Shown one piece after another: positions 8,433 through 13,319 of a DNA stretch of 13,319 nt. Numbering within the stretch: the stretch's first letter is position 1; each line of letters opens with the position of its first letter. Source of the stretch: Octopus sinensis. Its lineage: Eukaryota. The stretch spans positions 1 to 13,319 of the forward strand of contig NW_021826195.1 in assembly GCF_006345805.1 (NCBI RefSeq), written 5' to 3'. A program made the position numbers and the translations under genes. The notes below the pieces were generated by a model. The model searched no databases and was not told the DNA's origin. It saw only the letters and a program-made list of their open reading frames with translations.

Positions 8433-10609
8433 TGCATGAATATGTATGTAGATGTGCAATGTACTACCAGTTTACGATTAAGCAGACTATATGTCCACAG
8501 GATACGAATTACCTTTTCGGTAGTCCAGGTCTTTTGAAAGCTAAGTATCATCGACGTTACTCGATATTGCATTAATTTGAGCAACTGCAAATATTCATCT
8601 AAAAACCAATAAACACAATTCTGGAATGTTAGCTGACAGGTAGTTTAACGTATAGCTGTGTGTTCATGGATATTTGATGAGCTCTGTCGGATACCAAAGT
8701 AATCGATTGCCAACCATCCTGCGCTAAATCAATTCGTATCTCTGTTGTATCTTCTTGTAAAGCTAACAAGCTGTTATGAATAAGGCGTTCTATCTAGATA
8801 TTTTGTTTTGGTTCTAATCCTGCTCCTTGGTTCTTGGTTTTGCGTCTAGAAGTTTAGTGTCGTTTGTAATTTTTTGTTTTTTCAAGGGTTACTCAGAGCA
8901 AGAAGATATCACCTGTGATTGATTCATATCAGGGGCTTTGTAACAAGTGAAGCAAAGCGGGTATATTGTACTCAGAGACCTAGCAGGAATGTTTGATGCA
9001 AAGTAGATTTCCGTTATACGCACTCAAGTGCGGAGATAGGGTTGATGGAGCATGTCTTCGAAGCTAAATAATAAAATACTTCTTTCCGTATTGAAAATTA
9101 AAACTCAACATGACAAAACCCAAACCAATCATTCATTGAAAATTTAATGTCTAATTATATAATTGTACAGACCACTCCATACACACACATGTCTGTGTAT
9201 GTGTGTGTGTGTGTTTGTGTAAATGGAGGTGTAGTAGCTGTTGCTAGTTGTCAAGGGTAGTGTTTAGTGATGCTTTCGGAAAGAGAGTGAAATCTTTTCC
9301 ACTGCCAAAAGATCTTAATTGTTCCTTGACGTGTTTAACGCGAAAGGAGAATGAATATCACTTTTATCAAATTTTTGAAGGTCAAGAAACTATTGACGAC
9401 TGGTATAAGAAAGCACTTTCCTGGTAGACCCAATATTTTCAAAGCTGTTCTACAAACCAAATATGAAAGCAACTGAAAGTAATGAAAGAGATGACACTCC
9501 AAGACTCTTTACATTTCCTATAATATAAATGGTGACTATTTCTATTGCGTATGATTAACTGGAAAAAATACTGATAGGACGGCAGTTCATTGGGCACGAG
9601 ATGTTGCATTTTTTCACAATGAGACACGCTGTTGCGTGCCCCCAGCGAAAAACCAAGATTAAAACTCGCTTACTCATACCACTTGTTAATATCACGTTAT
9701 CTACCTAGTAATGAATTTGAGAACAGAAATCTATTGCTTAATTTAGAATTAACTCTTTATACATCAGCTATCATACGTAGCCTAAGATTAAAACCAAAGC
9801 ACTGAATTCAATGCAGAAGCAATCGAGATGGTTTGTACACCGAAACTTTGTCCCGATGCAGAATCTTTTTAGATGCAGAACCAATCCAGATGGTCACATA
9901 CATATTCTAAACAGCTAGGTATTTTGAAGGAATATTTAGCCGAGAAGAATAACCAAAACCACGAAATGCAACGAAGCACAGGGAAAAGCCAGTAGCTGTT
10001 CTGAAAATATGGCAAAACTCAGTCGAATAATTGGCTCTCATCTCTACACCTGTGCACATTATATGACCCGTAAATTCACAATGTGCTGCTACCTTTTAGT
10101 TACTATATCAGTTACTCCAGACCCGTCTTTTCACCTTTTATGAAGCAAGGTATTGTTGAATAGCTGAAAGGGAGGTACCTGATACAGATAAGATAAAATA
10201 CATTATCGTTACTGTGGTTTATATCAAGAAACTATATGGTTGACGCCCAGCTCGACTAGAGCAAAGGTCGTGGATGAAGTAAGATAACAGCTTTGTCTTT
10301 GTTGTTTATTTAAATACAAACCGCGCGATAAGAACAGAGGCACCACCAATGATCAAATGAACAAACAATGCGTGACCACTGAATTTTATTAACAATCCCA
10401 GCCGCACAACCATTATCGATATCCATTTACTTCGACTGAACAGATGGTCCCAGATTTAGAAGGGATGGAAATAAGACGTTTTAACGTGATGTTTGTGTTT
10501 TAGTAACAGAAATAAAGTGAAGTAAAATTATCACAAAATGGAAATTGAGATCAGATCACCGAGACACTTCACCGAGTGTTGATTTCTGCTTCTATAAAGA
10601 TTTCTTGTA

Positions 10610-10720
10610 TTAGCACAAGGCGTCACATACGTAGAAGTGAGTGTTAATAAATTGAGCAGATTTCACTACTCGACTGGTAATTACTTTAATCCTGAGGGGA
10701 TAATAGATAAATTGGATCCC
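10610..10720 (-). mobile_element. Possible highly decayed SINE fragment
   Basis: GCACAAGGC and ACTCGACTGGTAATTACTTT resemble the reverse complement of GCCTTGTAC and AAGTACCAGTTGCGT in the 4183 element. Confidence 0.3.
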
Positions 10721-10835
10721 AATAAGACTTCTCTATTGAGAACCTAAACGAAAGTAAATCCTGTGGGAGAATTCGATACTCAACTGTTTCTGTCATTTCA
10801 CTGGGTAGCAATAATTACTTACTTAGACTTTTGAT

Positions 10836-10980
10836 TGGCAGAATCGTTAGAGCAACAAATAAAAGAATTTACAATATTTAGTTACAACCATTTACGTTCA
10901 GAGTTCGAATCTCACCGATAGTAATTCATATTTTATTGTTCGAGAAAGGGGTGATCAAATAAAGTGGAGAGTCGATTAAT
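10836..10980 (+). mobile_element. Decayed SINE of the 4183-4580 family
   Basis: TGGCAGAATCGTTAG resembles 4195-4209, and TTACGTTCAGAGTTCGAATCTCACCGA resembles 4248-4274. Confidence 0.68.
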
Positions 10981-11113
10981 ATGATAATAGCTCCCCTCCG
11001 GATTTGAATATATCAGAAACAAATTATGTTAATATCACTGGAGAAATTACGCACAGGCTGGACTAGACTGTCCAGTTCTGCTTCACTTTATATGAATTGT
11101 CCAGTTCTGCCAC

Positions 11114-11203
11114 ACTTTTGTGAGTATTACTAATATTATCATTGTTGTTGTTGTCGTCATCATCATGATCATGATCATGATCATCATCACCATCACCATC
11201 ATT

Positions 11204-11289
<86 letters not shown>

Positions 11290-11290
11290 C
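11114..11290. repeat. Compound (GTT)/(ATC)n/(ATT)n array
   Basis: Directly visible. Confidence 0.95.
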
Positions 11291-11524
11291 ATCATGCTGC
11301 CCCATTACTTCTGCTCATGATCAGAGATGCACATATTGTCAGCCACTAAGGGACATGCTCAACTGGTTAAGATCAAACAACTGACAAGCGAATCTGTGGT
11401 ATTGAGCAGAATATTTGCTGTAGCTCATCTTTTAGAACCAAGACAAAACATGTATATGATAATACTTCCAATCAGTTAAGATCAAAAGCCATGCGAGCCA
11501 CTGCCTGGTACTGCATCAGGGCAT
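11291..11524. mobile_element. Fragment 1 of an unclassified (AAT)n-associated interspersed element, inverted relative to fragments 2 and 3
   Basis: 11291-11413 is the reverse complement of 11764-11886 at 116/123. Both ends abut ATT-type arrays. Confidence 0.8.
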
Positions 11525-11564
11525 TTATTATTATTATTATTGTTATTACTATTATTATTAGTAT

Positions 11565-11644
<80 letters not shown>

Positions 11645-11688
11645 GTAATAGTAATAGTAATAATAATAATAACAATAATAATAATAAC

Positions 11689-11748
<60 letters not shown>

Positions 11749-11763
11749 TATTATTATTATTAT
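11524..11763. repeat. Compound (TTA)n-(CTA)n-(TAA)n-(TTA)n array
   Basis: Directly visible. Confidence 0.96.
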
Positions 11764-12204
11764 TATTCTGCTCAATACCACAGATTTGCTTGTCAGTTGT
11801 TTGACCTTAACCAGTTGAGCATGTCCCTTAGTGGCTGACGATATGTGCATCTCTGATCACGAGCAGAAGTAGTGGGGGAGCATCATAGCCATGTGTTGAG
11901 AGGGATTCTTTGGGGTTTGAATAGTTCACCTCTGGAAACATGGGTGGTTCTTTCAACATCCTTAAACAACCCTTATTCAGGGACCGTTTGAGCGGGATGG
12001 GCTACTCAACCTGAAGAAAATTCTAACTGGGCCCCACCTGCAAGGTCATGTGTGTTTATCTTGATATGAGATCCATGTCGCGCCACATATGGTTGTGGAT
12101 TGTGCATGGTGTACCTTTATCAGACGGGTAGTCATGATGGGTATATTGGGCTTCGTATATTTTACCCCAGTGTCACTTTGATGGCATGAACTGCTCTCTC
12201 ACTC
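11764..12204. mobile_element. Fragment 2 of the (AAT)n-associated element, ending CTCTCTCACTC-(AAT)8
   Basis: Shares 123 bp (inverted) with fragment 1 and 164 bp (direct) with fragment 3. Flanked by ATT/AAT arrays. Confidence 0.82.
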
Positions 12205-12228
12205 AATAATAATAATAATAATAATAAT

Positions 12229-12392
12229 GTGGCTGACGATATGTGCATCTCTGATCACGAGCAGAAGTAGTGGGGGAGCATCATAGCCATGTGTTGAGAG
12301 GGATTCTTTGGGGTTTGAATAATTCACCTCTGGAAACATGGGTGCTTCTTGCAACATCCTTAAACAACCTTTATTCAGGGACCTTTTGAGCG
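12229..12392. mobile_element. Fragment 3 of the (AAT)n-associated element
   Basis: Direct repeat of 11831-11994 at 159/164; starts right after (AAT)8 at 12205-12228. Confidence 0.85.
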
Positions 12393-12717
12393 AAGTTTCT
12401 GCTAAATATAAGATATAGCTTATATAAAATACGTAGTTCGCATTACTTCCGTTTGAAACCAAACGTATACTCGCACACGCTCACGCGCACCTACACACAT
12501 ATATATATACACACACAAGAACGCATGAAAATATATATAGAAAAAACGGTAGGAGGGGAAGAAATATGCAACTGCACGCACACACCCACCCATACATATA
12601 CACACACGGGTAGATATGTAAATATGTACTCTTATTACAAGCACCGATGATAAAATTCGTTGCTTCCGCTTCTACCTTCACAGCTAGTGCCACTGTTCTG
12701 CCGCAGCTGCTGCTACT

Positions 12718-12808
12718 GATGATGATGATGATGAGATGATGATGATGATGATGATGATGATCATGATCATGATCATGATGATGATCATGATGATGGTGGT
12801 GGTGATGA

Positions 12809-12842
<34 letters not shown>

Positions 12843-12943
12843 GATGATGATGATGATGATGATGATGATGGTGATGGTGATGGTGATGGTGATGACGATG
12901 ATGATAATGATGATGATGATGATGGTGATGATGCTGATGATGA
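12718..12943. repeat. (GAT)n array with CAT/GGT variants
   Basis: Directly visible. Confidence 0.96.
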
Positions 12944-13113
12944 GGGTGGGGATAGCGATAAGTTTGGTGAGGAGAATGCCGACAGGTATGGACAACGCCT
13001 GGTTACGTACATTTCGTAGTGAGTGAACGTTTGAGCGTGTACCATTGTGCATGTGTGTATATATGGGTGTGCGAGTATACGCTTATGTATGTATATAATA
13101 CAGGTTTATATAT

Positions 13114-13195
13114 GTTTGTGTGTGTGTTCGTGTGTGTGTGTGCATGTGTGTGTATGTGTACATAAAAAGAAAAAATTACACTCAGCCATCAATCC

Positions 13196-13236
<41 letters not shown>

Positions 13237-13250
13237 TACACACACACACA
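13114..13250. repeat. Degenerate (GT)n (about 13114-13160) and (CA)n (13197-13250)
   Basis: Directly visible. Confidence 0.92.
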
Positions 13251-13264
13251 CCCTTTATCCTTTT

Positions 13265-13319
13265 TTTAGTCGCGCAAATCGACCCCAGTACTTATTGTTT
13301 GTAAGCCTAGGACTTATTC
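13265..13319 (-). mobile_element. SINE fragment running off the window end
   Basis: Reverse complement of 13278-13290 (TACTGGGGTCGAT) matches 4512-4524 at 12/13. The rest resembles a common octopus SINE from memory. Confidence 0.6.

Noticed and set aside
9555-9660. Peptide DRTAVHWA reminiscent of an ankyrin motif
   Set aside because: Only about 35 codons between stops, no acceptor, and the rest of the ankyrin consensus is absent.
937-11118. Short local duplications: 17-mer at 937-953/968-984 and 21-mer at 11069-11089/11098-11118 (2 mismatches)
   Set aside because: Two-copy slippage products; no spacer array, so not CRISPR-like or otherwise informative.
12120-12204. Twister, HDV-like or hammerhead ribozyme at the end of the (AAT)n element (AAGCCC and CTGATAA motifs on the minus strand)
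   Set aside because: I could not build the required stems or pseudoknots by hand.
12684-12985. Good acceptor (…CCTTCACAG) and donor (AG|GTATGG) around the (GAT)n array, suggesting an acidic exon
   Set aside because: All three phases hit a stop (TAG at 12685, TGA at 12717 or 12737), and the array has a 1-nt frameshift at 12733-12735.

Overview
This is AT-rich, microsatellite-saturated eukaryotic non-coding DNA (intron or intergenic). I recognise the interspersed repeats from memory as Octopus/coleoid-type, which is an inference needing BLAST/Dfam confirmation. No protein-coding gene is supported, and every long ORF in the track is a translation of a simple repeat. The window holds two intact tRNA-derived SINEs with target-site duplications (TSDs) and several decayed SINE copies. 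It also holds a mariner-derived MITE with a transposase C-terminal remnant, and three fragments of an (AAT)n-associated element. Hidden inverted-repeat systems occur at 1-60, 2346-3105 (split by a SINE), 7198-7942 and 11291-11886. The best signal is a 35-nt minimal type I hammerhead-ribozyme fold on the minus strand (6639-6673), inside a (TA)n-anchored element resembling a Penelope-like terminal repeat or retrozyme. All identities were counted by hand.
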